From: a candidate division CPR2 bacterium GW2011_GWC2_39_35
GTDB taxonomy: Bacteria; Patescibacteriota; CPR2
Length of the DNA: 64,000 nucleotides
Assembly (NCBI GenBank): GCA_000995065.1
Contig: LBWX01000001.1
Location: 223,563 to 287,562 of the forward strand
Reading direction: 5' to 3'
The notes beneath the pieces were generated by a model. The model made no database searches. It was given only the letters and a program-made list of their open reading frames with translations, and had not been told where the DNA came from. The stretch's first letter is position 1, and every line of letters starts with the position of its first letter. The position numbers were made by a program, and so were the translations under genes. Positions 35,525 to 45,974 of the stretch are shown here, piece by piece.

Positions 35525-36847
35525 ATGTCTTGGCAGAAGGATAATGAACAACAATTTTACTCAGGCTCGGCAATCATCCATCTGGATGCAGATTCTTTCT
35601 TTGCCTCATGCGAACAAGCTATCCATCCGGAATACAGAGGCAAACCGGTTATTACCGGCAAAGAGAGAGGTATTGTTTCGGCAGCTAGTTATGAAGCAAA
35701 GAGACTGGGAATCGGCCGCGGCACTCCCCTCTTTGAGGTTAGAAAGATCTGCCCCAACGCCATAATTGTCCCATCAGATTATGAGACTTACAGCCTCTTT
35801 TCTAAAAGGATTTTTACCATCATGCGCCGCTTCAGTCCTATTATTGAGGAATATTCAATAGACGAAGCCTTTGCCGATATCTCGGGTTTAAGGCGCCCCC
35901 TAAACATGTCTTACCCTCAAATTGCTCTCCGGATAAAAGAAACTGTCGAAAAAGAGCTTGGAATTACCGTTTCTGTAGGCCTTGCCCCCACCAAAGTTCT
36001 AGCTAAAGTCGGCTCCAAATGGAATAAACCATCAGGTCTCACCATAATCTCCAAAGAAGATATCCGTCTTTACTTAGAAAATTTACCAGTAGAAAAGGTT
36101 TGGGGTATCGGACCCCAAACCACCAAACATCTAAATAAACACGGTATTAAAACGGCTCTCGAATTTGTTAAAACCCCCTACCCTTGGATCAAGGCAAATC
36201 TTACCAAACCCCATGTCGAAATCTGGCTGGAACTTCGAGGCGAAAGCGTGTACCCGGTAAGCTCAGAGCTAAAGGAAGATTACTCGTCCGTTAGTAAATT
36301 TAAAACATTTACTCCCCCATCTAAAGACAGAAACTTTATATTCTCCCAGCTTTCTAAAAACCTAGAAAACGCCTTTATAAAAGCCCGTCGCCACAACCTT
36401 GCCACCCAAAAAATAGTAGCCATTTTAAGAACCCAAGAATTTAAACATGCTTCCTTAGAAGCAAAGCTTAACAGACCCACTTCTTTCCCAAACGAAGCCA
36501 TTCCGATGGTCAAAAAAATGTTTGAACAAATTTATTATTCAGGGACTCTTTACCGAGCTACAGGAATCATCTTATTAAGCCTTGAAGAAAATAATTCTAC
36601 TCAACTTACTCTCTTTGAGGACCCGTTAAAGTTTGGGAAGATCGAAAAATTATATGCCTCTATCGATGAACTAGCGACTCGCTATGGCAAACACACCATT
36701 TTTCTAGGGTCTAGTTATTATGCTAATAATCTCAAATCCCACCTAAGCGAACGTGGCGACATTCCCGATACTCAAAAAACTAGGATCGGGCAAGTTAACG
36801 AACGTAAGTTTTTGAACTTACCAATATTTATGAATAAATTAGATTAA
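35525..36847 (+). CDS. Y-family DNA polymerase (DinB/UmuC-like)
   Basis: HLDADSFFASCE, ASYEAK, SIDE and VWGIG motifs. Confidence 0.95.
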   Translation: MSWQKDNEQQFYSGSAIIHLDADSFFASCEQAIHPEYRGKPVITGKERGIVSAASYEAKRLGIGRGTPLFEVRKICPNAIIVPSDYETYSLFSKRIFTIMRRFSPIIEEYSIDEAFADISGLRRPLNMSYPQIALRIKETVEKELGITVSVGLAPTKVLAKVGSKWNKPSGLTIISKEDIRLYLENLPVEKVWGIGPQTTKHLNKHGIKTALEFVKTPYPWIKANLTKPHVEIWLELRGESVYPVSSELKEDYSSVSKFKTFTPPSKDRNFIFSQLSKNLENAFIKARRHNLATQKIVAILRTQEFKHASLEAKLNRPTSFPNEAIPMVKKMFEQIYYSGTLYRATGIILLSLEENNSTQLTLFEDPLKFGKIEKLYASIDELATRYGKHTIFLGSSYYANNLKSHLSERGDIPDTQKTRIGQVNERKFLNLPIFMNKLD

Positions 36848-37004
36848 AAAATAAAACCGTTCAGGTACACGTTGATAAACTAAACCCCCAACTAATACTC
36901 AAAATCGGATTAGCACGTAATGCTCGCTCTTTTTAGAATTTTAATGGACTCTAGACGAATTTTAAAATCAAGATCATTGCTGCATCGAAACACTTGAAAA
37001 ATAA

Positions 37005-37682
37005 TTACTTTTTGTTTACAAACATCCCTGCAAATAGGTTGATAAATCCAATGGTCATTAGAATCTGAGACAACACTACCAGACTATCATACCTAACAGC
37101 AACCATTAAGGGGCCTGATACACTAATCATAAAGAAAGCCGTCCCCATAAAAAAATAATGGCTCCTTTCGCGTTTTGGTGCCTTAAGACCGGTACTAAAA
37201 AAGATGAAGCTGGTTGGTACCCACATCATAAGAGCGCCTATGTAGAGCGTCCAGGAAGATACGGGATTTAGATTCCAATATATAATTCCGGCATCATTTA
37301 GCAGTGGCCTCGGCAACATAAAAATATTAAGCATGATGCTCAAAAAAGTAATAATTAGAAGCGCAACAAAAGGGATTTTTGGATTGATCTTTGGATATTT
37401 CATTACAAAGGGAATCTTGATGCCAAAAGAAAAGCTTAAATAAAGAAAGGCATCGCCTATAATCTTAAGCCAACTAAACAAAAAGGGATTTTGGTTATAA
37501 AACAAGATAGCTACAGTAAATACTAAATACGAAGAGGTTAAGATTAAAATAGTCGGCAAAAAAATATTAACAATTTTATTTTCAGGATCTTTCTTTTTGG
37601 CGCTCCTAAGCTTGTAATAAAAAACCCCGAGAATAACCGTGTCTATTAAAAAAACTAATCCGGAAAATGAAAACATTTTCAT
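37005..37682 (-). CDS. Hypothetical 7-TM membrane protein
   Basis: Seven hydrophobic segments; coupled to the ABC permease. Confidence 0.7.
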   Translation of the reverse strand: MKMFSFSGLVFLIDTVILGVFYYKLRSAKKKDPENKIVNIFLPTILILTSSYLVFTVAILFYNQNPFLFSWLKIIGDAFLYLSFSFGIKIPFVMKYPKINPKIPFVALLIITFLSIMLNIFMLPRPLLNDAGIIYWNLNPVSSWTLYIGALMMWVPTSFIFFSTGLKAPKRERSHYFFMGTAFFMISVSGPLMVAVRYDSLVVLSQILMTIGFINLFAGMFVNKK

Positions 37683-38488
37683 ACCGCAATGTCTCTCTTA
37701 GTAAACCAGAACAGCCCGAGTAAAGTGAATAACAGCGCCGTTCCTAAAAATACTGGATAAGCCAGCTTATCGATTTGGGTATGCACTAACGCTCCGGTAG
37801 CATTGTAATAATAAAAGAAAGAAGCGTAATGCAAATCTTTTAAATTATCCTTTAAGTTCGCCACAATATTTAAGACATACATTAAAATGAGTATTCCGCC
37901 GGTTAAAAAGTAAACTTTACCTTTATCCGAAAAAATGCTGGCAAAAAAAGAAGCGATACTAAGAACGGCCAGGCCGAAAATAAAGCTTAAGAAAGATGCC
38001 ACAAAGTATGAATTTAAGTTATAGTCTATTCCAAAAAACGCAGCAATCGGAACAATCGAGATAATCGGAATTACCGAAAAAATAAGCATCCCAAAAACTC
38101 CTGCCAAATATTTGCCAAAAAATATCTTAGCCCTCGAAACCGGCTGAGAAAGCACAATTTCTATTGTTCCTTTTTCAATTTCACCGGCAATTGCCGTTCC
38201 GGGCAAAGAGCAAGCTAAAATTACCGCCATTATAGGCCAAATGAAGCTAAAAAACTCTGTAGCTATAAATCCCTCTAAACTAGAAAGCATCGTCTGGACG
38301 CTATCAACGCCAAAAGCCTTCATCATCGATTCCGGATAGGCTTCCATCGCCTGAATTAATTGTTCAGAAGATTTTTGAATTGATGGAAACAGAGCCACAT
38401 ACATTAATGCAAAACCAACTGCGGAGACCGCAAAAGCCGTTATTGCTATTCTTTTATTTTTAATTGTTCGCCAGAGAATTGGAAACAT
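37679..38488 (-). CDS. ABC-2 type permease
   Basis: IAGEIEKGTIEIVLSQPVSR motif; six TMs. Confidence 0.9.
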   Translation of the reverse strand: MFPILWRTIKNKRIAITAFAVSAVGFALMYVALFPSIQKSSEQLIQAMEAYPESMMKAFGVDSVQTMLSSLEGFIATEFFSFIWPIMAVILACSLPGTAIAGEIEKGTIEIVLSQPVSRAKIFFGKYLAGVFGMLIFSVIPIISIVPIAAFFGIDYNLNSYFVASFLSFIFGLAVLSIASFFASIFSDKGKVYFLTGGILILMYVLNIVANLKDNLKDLHYASFFYYYNATGALVHTQIDKLAYPVFLGTALLFTLLGLFWFTKRDIAV

Positions 38489-39365
38489 TTTCTTTCCTTT
38501 CGTAATATTCTAAGAAAATATCTTCTAAACTTGCATGATTTATTTCGACGTCTTTAACCTCATATTTAGAGATCTCTCTTAAAATCTGATTAATATCCCC
38601 TTTTACGTTTAAGACGAGACCGCCTGGTACTTCTTTTTGTATGCTTATACCATCACCCTTAAAGCTACTTTTACTAAATTTACCGGCAAAAGATACATTT
38701 ACAACATGAATCTTTTTGCCTTTTAAGTTTTGGATGTTTTCGGTGGTAATCATCTTCCCTTGTTTAATAATGCCAACTCGACTGCAAACTCTTTCTACCT
38801 CCGCCAAATTATGAGAAGACATAAAAACCGTTCGGCCCTTTTCGCTAAAGCTCTTTATAACATCATAAACGGCGTTTTGAAGCAGCGGATCTAGAGCTGT
38901 TGTCGGCTCATCAAGGATTAAAACCTCGGGTTCCGACATAAAAGCTAAAATTAAACCCAACTTTTGTTTATTTCCCGAGGAAAGATTTTTTACTTTAATC
39001 TTAGGATTATAATCAAAATCCTTTGCAAGTTTCAATAGACTTTTTGATTTACCTCTAATATTTTGGATAAACTCAAAATGCTCTTCTCCGGTCCAGTTTT
39101 CGTAAAGCCGAACATCACCAGAGAGATAACCAATTTTACCTTTTAACTCTTCGGAATTTGCCTGCGTATCAAGCTCTAAGACAGAAATGTTGCCGGCCGT
39201 TGGCCGCACAAAATCCATAATACAACGTATAGTGGTAGTTTTGCCGGCGCCGTTTGGCCCTAGAAAACCAAAAACCTCGCCCTTCTCTACATCAAAACAG
39301 ATGCCTTGAACCGCCTTTGTATTCCCATAATGCTTCTCTAAATTTTTAACTTCTATAACTGCCAT
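38460..39365 (-). CDS. ABC transporter ATP-binding protein
   Basis: GPNGAGKTT, LSSG, LDEPT and SSH motifs. Confidence 0.95.
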   Translation of the reverse strand: MAVIEVKNLEKHYGNTKAVQGICFDVEKGEVFGFLGPNGAGKTTTIRCIMDFVRPTAGNISVLELDTQANSEELKGKIGYLSGDVRLYENWTGEEHFEFIQNIRGKSKSLLKLAKDFDYNPKIKVKNLSSGNKQKLGLILAFMSEPEVLILDEPTTALDPLLQNAVYDVIKSFSEKGRTVFMSSHNLAEVERVCSRVGIIKQGKMITTENIQNLKGKKIHVVNVSFAGKFSKSSFKGDGISIQKEVPGGLVLNVKGDINQILREISKYEVKDVEINHASLEDIFLEYYERKENVSNSLANN

Positions 39366-39549
39366 CGATCCCTCTTTTATCGTTTTTGTTACTTAAACAT
39401 TTTTTCACCTTTTTTAAAAAAAGTCAAAAAGATAAAAAGATAAAGAATTGCATAATTTGGCTTATGCTTGCCAAAAATTGTTATTTTGAATATAATTGTC
39501 ACAAACCTTGGCTGCCAGCCTTTTAAAAATAAGATCGGGAGGGATTAGA

Positions 39550-39843
39550 ATGGTAAAATTTAAAACTGGTAGTTCCTCAATACCACGAGGCGTAGAAATA
39601 ACAGTGAGCGATATTACCGAAAGCATCAAACTTTTTAACGGCACAATGTACTTATCAAAAACAGATGCTCTCATTTTGTTGGCAATATATGCAGCATTAA
39701 ATATTGATAATATGGAGAGCTTTACTAAGGCCGTAGAAATCATAAAAGATGCAAAGACTAAGAGAAAACAAATTCCCGCAAAAGCGCTAAAACTCCTAGC
39801 AAATAGTATTACCACCAAAATCAAGAGACAAAAAACCGCTTGA
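39550..39843 (+). CDS. Hypothetical protein
   Basis: 97-aa ORF with a GGGAGGG RBS; ends in a bidirectional terminator at ~39830-39862. Confidence 0.55.
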   Translation: MVKFKTGSSSIPRGVEITVSDITESIKLFNGTMYLSKTDALILLAIYAALNIDNMESFTKAVEIIKDAKTKRKQIPAKALKLLANSITTKIKRQKTA

Positions 39844-39876
39844 AATACCAAGCGGTTTTTCTCTTTTATCTATCTA

Positions 39877-40452
39877 TTAACAATCTTTCTTTTTTGCAAT
39901 TTCCGAGAGGACTTTTTCTATTTTTTGATGTAAGTCCGCTAAGGTTCCATCATTCACAATTTCATAATCAGCCATGGCGATTGATTCAGATATTATTTGT
40001 GCATTGGGATTTAAATTAACCATTTCCACCTCTTCTTGAGCCTTAAACTTTTCGAATGTTACATCATCACCCAACCTACCGCGTGCCTTAAGCCTCTTAT
40101 AACGAATCTCTATCGGAGCTAAAACTGCGATAATAAAACCACCTTTTTTCTTAACTGCATCAACTTCGTGAGGATTTCTTAGGCCGCTAACCACTAATTT
40201 GTTAGCCTCTTCTTCAAGCGCAAGCCTGGCCAGATAATCAGCCCCGTGCTCTGCTCTTAAAAAATTAGCAGTTGATCTTTCCAAATCTCTATCTATTGTA
40301 CCAAGCTGATGCTCCATAATATAAAACCTAAGCAAATCTCCGGTAGCAACATGAACAAAACCATGCTCCTCTACTAAAAAGGCAGATACAGTATCCTTAC
40401 CACTAGACAACTCGCCTGTTATTCCGATAATAACATCGTAAAGATCTTTCAT
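39877..40452 (-). CDS. P-loop nucleoside monophosphate kinase-like protein
   Basis: IIGITGELSSGKDT and GLRNPHE motifs. Confidence 0.8.
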   Translation of the reverse strand: MKDLYDVIIGITGELSSGKDTVSAFLVEEHGFVHVATGDLLRFYIMEHQLGTIDRDLERSTANFLRAEHGADYLARLALEEEANKLVVSGLRNPHEVDAVKKKGGFIIAVLAPIEIRYKRLKARGRLGDDVTFEKFKAQEEVEMVNLNPNAQIISESIAMADYEIVNDGTLADLHQKIEKVLSEIAKKKDC

Positions 40453-40453
40453 T

Positions 40454-40882
40454 CTACTTACCTTTCATCTTTTTATACACTTCTATTGCCTCCAAGGTTG
40501 TTTGATTAACATTTTCCGGAAGGTCATTGATATTAAACCAGCCAATCTCATCAATTTTATGTGGTTCCATATTGGTAGGCTTGCCATTTACAATCTCTGC
40601 CAGATAATTAAATCCAATCCAATGCTGTCCCTCATTTTTTATAATGTGATCACTATAACCTAAGAAATCTAGAATTTCAATTTCGATTCCAAGCTCTTCT
40701 TTAGCTTCCCTCTTTATGGCATCCTCAACCCTTTCATTAAACTCAACTTCTCCTCCCGGTTTCTGCCAAAACCCGACTTCATTTTTCGAGCTTGCCCCTC
40801 TTTTAAGTAAAAGTGTTTCGTTTTTATCGTTTACGATGAGCGGACCGCAACCGACCCCAATATAATCTTTCCCTGCCTTCAT
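40454..40882 (-). CDS. Nudix hydrolase
   Basis: GGEVEFNERVEDAIKREAKEELG. Confidence 0.92.
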   Translation of the reverse strand: MKAGKDYIGVGCGPLIVNDKNETLLLKRGASSKNEVGFWQKPGGEVEFNERVEDAIKREAKEELGIEIEILDFLGYSDHIIKNEGQHWIGFNYLAEIVNGKPTNMEPHKIDEIGWFNINDLPENVNQTTLEAIEVYKKMKGK

Positions 40883-40884
40883 TA

Positions 40885-41244
40885 TTATTCTTCCCTCTTT
40901 TTGTAAGTCGTTTCATGAGGATCTAAAATTAGCGGATAGACATCCAAGGCGATCTCCTCATAAGGGTGAACTTTATTTATCGCCCTTATTACTTTATCCA
41001 AATTTTTTTTAAAGCAAACTGTTTCGATTCTTTCTTCCGCTACTTCTTCCAGCCTCCCCACCTCGCCGATTGATGGATTGGCGCCCTTAAGAGGAAGAAA
41101 TCTACCGGTACCTTTAACCGAAAAACTGCAATACTTATAATTACCAATTAGTCCTGCACCCGCCTTGCCCATAGCTTCTCTAACCACATTGGCATGCGTT
41201 TCTGGAACAAAAACAACTATTTTAACGGCTTCATCTGAATTCAT
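40885..41244 (-). CDS. YqfO/Nif3 insert-like (PII-like fold) protein
   Basis: KIVVFVP…AGAG.IGNY..CSF…HPYEE. Confidence 0.85.
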   Translation of the reverse strand: MNSDEAVKIVVFVPETHANVVREAMGKAGAGLIGNYKYCSFSVKGTGRFLPLKGANPSIGEVGRLEEVAEERIETVCFKKNLDKVIRAINKVHPYEEIALDVYPLILDPHETTYKKREE

Positions 41245-41325
41245 GCACTCATGTTAACAAAAAATGCCCAAATGGGCAATTTTGTTTATCTTGGATAGGT
41301 TTTTGCTATATCACTTCTACTATTT

Positions 41326-41694
41326 CTACACCTTTTTGCTTTTGATCAGCAGCTCATACAAAATAGCTGGAATTTTTCGAGACTTGTTAATCACTGCGTG
41401 AGGAATTTGAGACGGAATTATAAATAAGTATAGTTCTCCTTGCGGATTCATTTCTTCTTCGTGCTTTTGGCCTTGATCATCCAGCCAAATAAATCTTAAA
41501 TTTTCACCAAGGCCAATAAATGCTTCCTTTCTAGGATGCTTATGATTGCCTCCAAATTGCTGTGGCGGAAAGTATGTAATATATTTCTCGCGAACCTCAA
41601 AATCGTCTGGTAATTCAATTGTTCCTAAATCTAATACCCAAAGTCCGTTTTCTTTTTTGTAAGCAGGTTGAATGTGCGTTCTTGTTATAGCCAT
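41326..41694 (-). CDS. Cupin-fold (WxcM/FdtA-like) protein
   Basis: GGNHKHPRKE…IPHAVIN. Confidence 0.7.
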   Translation of the reverse strand: MAITRTHIQPAYKKENGLWVLDLGTIELPDDFEVREKYITYFPPQQFGGNHKHPRKEAFIGLGENLRFIWLDDQGQKHEEEMNPQGELYLFIIPSQIPHAVINKSRKIPAILYELLIKSKKV

Positions 41695-41778
41695 GGATTT
41701 ATTATAACAAGAATTTACTGCAAACAAAAAATACTCCGTCTAATTGTATATTTAGCGACATTAATATAAACTGGCAAT

Positions 41779-42636
41779 ATGCAAAAAGAATTTGCAATAA
41801 AAGAAAAGTGGATAGATGTAAATGGATACAATATCCATTATTTTGTTGTTGGCAAAGGAAAGCCGTTGGTGTGCCTTCATGGAACTGGCCAAGCCTCAGC
41901 CTGGATAACATTTAAGAATGTACTTAAAGAATTTCCTGGCAATTTTCAGGTTATTGCTCTAGATTGGCCTGGCTATGGAAAAAGCAGCCAAATTTATATT
42001 CCTCATACAGTCGAATTCTTTATAAAAATTTTGGAAACATTTGTAAAGAAACTAGATTTAGAAAAATTTTCGCTTGTCGGACACTCAATGGGTGGAGCAA
42101 TTACCATCGGCTTTACGCTAAAATTTCCAGAAAAAGTAGAAAAATTAGTCCTTGTGGATAGTTATGGACTGGGAAATAAATTGAATAGACATCTATTAAT
42201 GGCACTTGGCCTTAAATTGCCAATGGCTTATGATGTTGGATGGCATTTAATGAGTAAAAATAATTTCGTATCAAAAAGCCTTATCCGCGCATCACTCGTA
42301 AATAAAGAGGCTGCAACCGATGAATATGTTAAAGAAATTCAAGAAGCAATGAAGGATAATAAACTAAGAGATGCCTGCAAATTATGGGCTAAGGAAGAAA
42401 TAAGGCTACATGGCACTACTACAAACTATTCAGGACAGCTATCTAAACTAAAACTTCCCATTTTCTTCCTTCATGGACGCAAAGATCGGCTTTTCCCCGT
42501 AAAGTGGTCTCAAAATGCTCATCAAAATCTTCCTAATTCGAAAATCAAGGTTTTTGAAAATACTGGGCATATAACACTAACCGATAGACCATCAGAAGCC
42601 AACCATCTTATCTTAAACTTTTTGTTAGATAAATAA
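41779..42636 (+). CDS. Alpha/beta hydrolase
   Basis: HG, DWPGYGKS, GHSMGG, D and H triad motifs. Confidence 0.93.
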   Translation: MQKEFAIKEKWIDVNGYNIHYFVVGKGKPLVCLHGTGQASAWITFKNVLKEFPGNFQVIALDWPGYGKSSQIYIPHTVEFFIKILETFVKKLDLEKFSLVGHSMGGAITIGFTLKFPEKVEKLVLVDSYGLGNKLNRHLLMALGLKLPMAYDVGWHLMSKNNFVSKSLIRASLVNKEAATDEYVKEIQEAMKDNKLRDACKLWAKEEIRLHGTTTNYSGQLSKLKLPIFFLHGRKDRLFPVKWSQNAHQNLPNSKIKVFENTGHITLTDRPSEANHLILNFLLDK

Positions 42637-42641
42637 TTAGA

Positions 42642-43052
42642 TTAAATTCCTTTTTTATAACCCAAATATAAGAATAGAATAATTATTAAATCAATTACAA
42701 TTATAGCAGTGCCTGGATAACCAAACTCCGGAAATAAAGTATTTACCAAAAAACCAATCATAGTTGTTGTTACCAAAACAATAATCGAATGTAACCAAGC
42801 ATTCTTAAAATTACGTAAAACTCTTACCCCAAAGATAACTTGCAGAATACCAATAGCGAACGTTGTCACATCATTTATAGTAAAGCTTAATAATATATTA
42901 AAAGGAACCTCTGATCCCGACAATTTACTCTGGGCTAACAGAACATAAAGAAAAGCAACAAAAATTGTTAAAGCTCCGAGTAATATCTCTAGAACCCCAG
43001 CTAGTGCAAGGTAACCATTATTTTTTTGATCAAAAGTCTTTTCTTCTACCAT
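42642..43052 (-). CDS. Hypothetical membrane protein
   Basis: Four TM segments. Confidence 0.7.
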   Translation of the reverse strand: MVEEKTFDQKNNGYLALAGVLEILLGALTIFVAFLYVLLAQSKLSGSEVPFNILLSFTINDVTTFAIGILQVIFGVRVLRNFKNAWLHSIIVLVTTTMIGFLVNTLFPEFGYPGTAIIVIDLIIILFLYLGYKKGI

Positions 43053-43151
43053 TTCAACCTCTTTCTGTGCCTATTATATATTTATTATCACGAAAAATTA
43101 ATTATTGTTGTAGGTCCAATTTGAATTGTAAGCCATAAGAAATCCTTTACC

Positions 43152-43514
43152 TTACCTCGACAATAAAGCATGTATAGCGCCAGTCACAAGTTCGATGGAT
43201 TCGGGATTTTGCCCGGTAATAACACGCTCATCAACTGCAAGATGTGGCTCACGAAGTCCAGATGATTCAAATATTGCCCCTTGCTCGATAAGTTTTGATT
43301 CCAAAAGAAACGGCATATCTTGATAATGTGGTGTGGCTTTTTCTTCGGCATTCGTAAAACTATTTATTCTTTTGCCGCTAACAAGAAAATTGCCATTTTT
43401 ATCTTTGGCCCCCACAAATGCCGCTGGACCATGACACACGGCAGCCAAAATACCTCCTTCAGCATATGTTTTTGACATTATATTTTCCAAAGTTTCATTA
43501 TTTGATTTATTCAT
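43152..43514 (-). pseudogene. C-terminal half of a DJ-1/PfpI (Hsp31-like) protein
   Basis: AAVCHGPAA and ITGQNP are present, but the N-terminal half is missing. Confidence 0.6.
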
Positions 43515-43549
43515 AGTGAAATTATACAATTTTTTTCTGAAAATGGAAG

Positions 43550-43948
43550 CTACTCCCAAGGGAAAACAGGTAGAACCTCGACTTCCTTAAGATAAAAATC
43601 GGGTTTTATTTCCGAAATTGACATAACATAGAAACAAACCGTTTTCACATTTGCGCCTTTATTAAGGAGATAATCTTCGGCTACCTTCAAGCTCCTACCG
43701 GTCTCAAGCATATCTTCCACTAGTAAAATGTTTTTGTTATTAAAATCTTCTTTTATCTCACTCATCACTTTTCTTTCTTCGCCAACTTTTTTAACCGTAA
43801 GGCAATACATATCCTTTACCTTTAAAGATTTTGATAGCAACCGCGCCGGCACCAAACCGCCTCTAACAATTCCAACAATAATATCGGGTGTAAAATCGAT
43901 TTTTTGAGAGAGAGTATTTAATTCTTCTTCAAATTCCTGCCAAGTCAT
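43550..43948 (-). CDS. Type I phosphoribosyltransferase
   Basis: IVRGG and LLVEDMLETGRS motifs. Confidence 0.88.
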   Translation of the reverse strand: MTWQEFEEELNTLSQKIDFTPDIIVGIVRGGLVPARLLSKSLKVKDMYCLTVKKVGEERKVMSEIKEDFNNKNILLVEDMLETGRSLKVAEDYLLNKGANVKTVCFYVMSISEIKPDFYLKEVEVLPVFPWE

Positions 43949-43955
43949 ATGATTA

Positions 43956-44516
43956 TTATAACAAACTTTGGGCATTAGGGTAACGCTTCACCCCGTAAAC
44001 CCATTTGTGCTTATTTCTTAAAATCAAGGCTTTTCTTAAATACTCAAAAATGCGTTGAAGGTTTAGAGATTTTTTAATGATATTAAGCCGGATAGCGATA
44101 GGGAGTTGATAAATCTTTAGTAAAGGGATTTTTTCATCTTTCATCCACTTTACAACTATAGGATTTCGACTAACAACATATAAATTTCTCTTTCTTTCCT
44201 TAATCGAATTTAAGGCAGTTTTAAACAAATCAAGACCTATCCCCTGATCTCGATACTCTTCTTTGACAAATAGAATCTTTACTTCCGTCCAATCCTGCCA
44301 AAAATCTTTATTTACAACAACGCCGATGAATTTACCCTCTATTTCAGCTACCCAAACTTCCTTAAATCTTTTAAGATCTTTTTTTGTATAAGCGATAATG
44401 CCCGGCAAGGATCTAATTTCTCTTATCAAAAGCTCTGCTTCTTTGTCGGTTAAAGATCTTTTGGTTGTTTGATAGCTGAGATTATTCTTCATGAAAATAA
44501 CACCCGTATTTGGCAT
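43956..44516 (-). CDS. GNAT acetyltransferase
   Basis: LFVKEEYRDQGIG. Confidence 0.85.
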   Translation of the reverse strand: MPNTGVIFMKNNLSYQTTKRSLTDKEAELLIREIRSLPGIIAYTKKDLKRFKEVWVAEIEGKFIGVVVNKDFWQDWTEVKILFVKEEYRDQGIGLDLFKTALNSIKERKRNLYVVSRNPIVVKWMKDEKIPLLKIYQLPIAIRLNIIKKSLNLQRIFEYLRKALILRNKHKWVYGVKRYPNAQSLL

Positions 44517-44671
44517 AATATTTAACGTATTCCATTTCCCTGAAATAGCTTTAGTTTTTCTAGTTTAATTTTATGAAACATTTGTTGTTCTCCAAAGTTA
44601 AAATTTCTAACCTAAATTTATCTTTTCAATTAGACCCAGGACTTTTTTATTATGACTACGTGTTACAAATA

Positions 44672-45040
44672 TTATTTAAAATCTAACTGATAATCAGGTA
44701 TGCCCAAACCAGCTCCGTGTTGCTTTGCTTCTTCATACTGTTGTTTGTCTTTTCTATCGATTAAAAAAACCTCATCTCTAAAGATCACGTAATGATAATC
44801 TTCATTTCTATAATCCGCATACCAAGCGTGATCAGGGTCAAGAGAATCTTTAATTTGCTCTGCAATTTTTTCGGCATCGCTTTCAGGCACTTCAACTAGA
44901 TACATTGTCCATTGTGAAACCCAAGGAGTTTTGTGTCTCTCTGTCACTTGAGAAGTCTCAGTAGATATAACCTTTACTTTATTTAGAACCTCTTTACTTA
45001 CAAGAGATTCTTCAATAATCGTTCCTTGAAAATTTATCAT
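44672..45040 (-). CDS. Hypothetical protein
   Basis: GTIIEESL…WYAD…GIPDYQLDF; RBS present. Confidence 0.75.
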   Translation of the reverse strand: MINFQGTIIEESLVSKEVLNKVKVISTETSQVTERHKTPWVSQWTMYLVEVPESDAEKIAEQIKDSLDPDHAWYADYRNEDYHYVIFRDEVFLIDRKDKQQYEEAKQHGAGLGIPDYQLDFK

Positions 45041-45093
45041 AATACCCCTTTCCCATCTATAATTAAACCAAATAAAAGAAAAGCAATTTGAGC

Positions 45094-45543
45094 CTATTCC
45101 CAGCGATATTCGGAGAAGAAAATTTTATTTTTGTAATTTTCTAAAGCAACTCTTACATTTTCTACTGTATTTTCCGGTAGGTCATCAAGGGGAAACCAAG
45201 ATAGATCACTGCATTTTTGCGGCTCCATTATTTTCGGTTCTCCTTGCCAATTGTCAGCTGTTAGATAAAAATCAACAAATTCATAGCTACTTATATGATG
45301 AACAACATGTACCACTTTTAAATCTTCGGATTTAATTTCTAATCCCGCTTCTTCTTTGGCTTCTCTTGCCATTGCCTCTGCAACAGTTTCATTACCGTCA
45401 AGATGTCCGGCAACTAAGCTATATTCACCATCTTTCCAGCCGGCATTAGCCCTTCTAAGAAGCAAGATTTGATTACCCTTGAGCAGTATTAGATAAACTG
45501 CTCCGCGTAATGTAAATTTCTGTTTTGACATTACTATCTCCAT
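45094..45543 (-). CDS. Nudix hydrolase
   Basis: AGHLDGNETVAEAMAREAKEEAG. Confidence 0.92.
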   Translation of the reverse strand: MEIVMSKQKFTLRGAVYLILLKGNQILLLRRANAGWKDGEYSLVAGHLDGNETVAEAMAREAKEEAGLEIKSEDLKVVHVVHHISSYEFVDFYLTADNWQGEPKIMEPQKCSDLSWFPLDDLPENTVENVRVALENYKNKIFFSEYRWE

Positions 45544-45560
45544 TCTTCAACATTTTTCCT

Positions 45561-45965
45561 TTAAATAATCGCTAACTTCTTTAAAAGCCTGATACTCGGC
45601 TCATTATGATTATATTTGCCTATTTCATCTGCCGACAGCCAAATAATTTCTTTTGCATCATCGCCCGGTTTTGCTTCTCCGCTTTGGTAATCAGCCAGAA
45701 ATCTAAGAAATATTAGCTGGGTTGGCACTCCTTTATAGTTTAAAATATCAGAGTCAAAGTCAAAAGGTTGAACATTGGTTATTTCCAAATTAGTTTCTTC
45801 TTTAATTTCTCTTTTTACTGCTTCTGTTAAATCTTCACTGGTGTCTAGTCCACCGCCAGGAATATGTAAAGTGTTTGGATATGCTCCACCTTCTTTATTT
45901 TGCTTGATAAAGAGATATTTATCATCTTTTTTAATTAAAGCGCTTACAATTATTCTTTGGTTCAC
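45561..45965 (-). CDS. Nudix hydrolase
   Basis: GGGLDTSEDLTEAVKREIKEETN. Confidence 0.9.
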   Translation of the reverse strand: MNQRIIVSALIKKDDKYLFIKQNKEGGAYPNTLHIPGGGLDTSEDLTEAVKREIKEETNLEITNVQPFDFDSDILNYKGVPTQLIFLRFLADYQSGEAKPGDDAKEIIWLSADEIGKYNHNEPSIRLLKKLAII

Positions 45966-45974
45966 TTTACTTAT

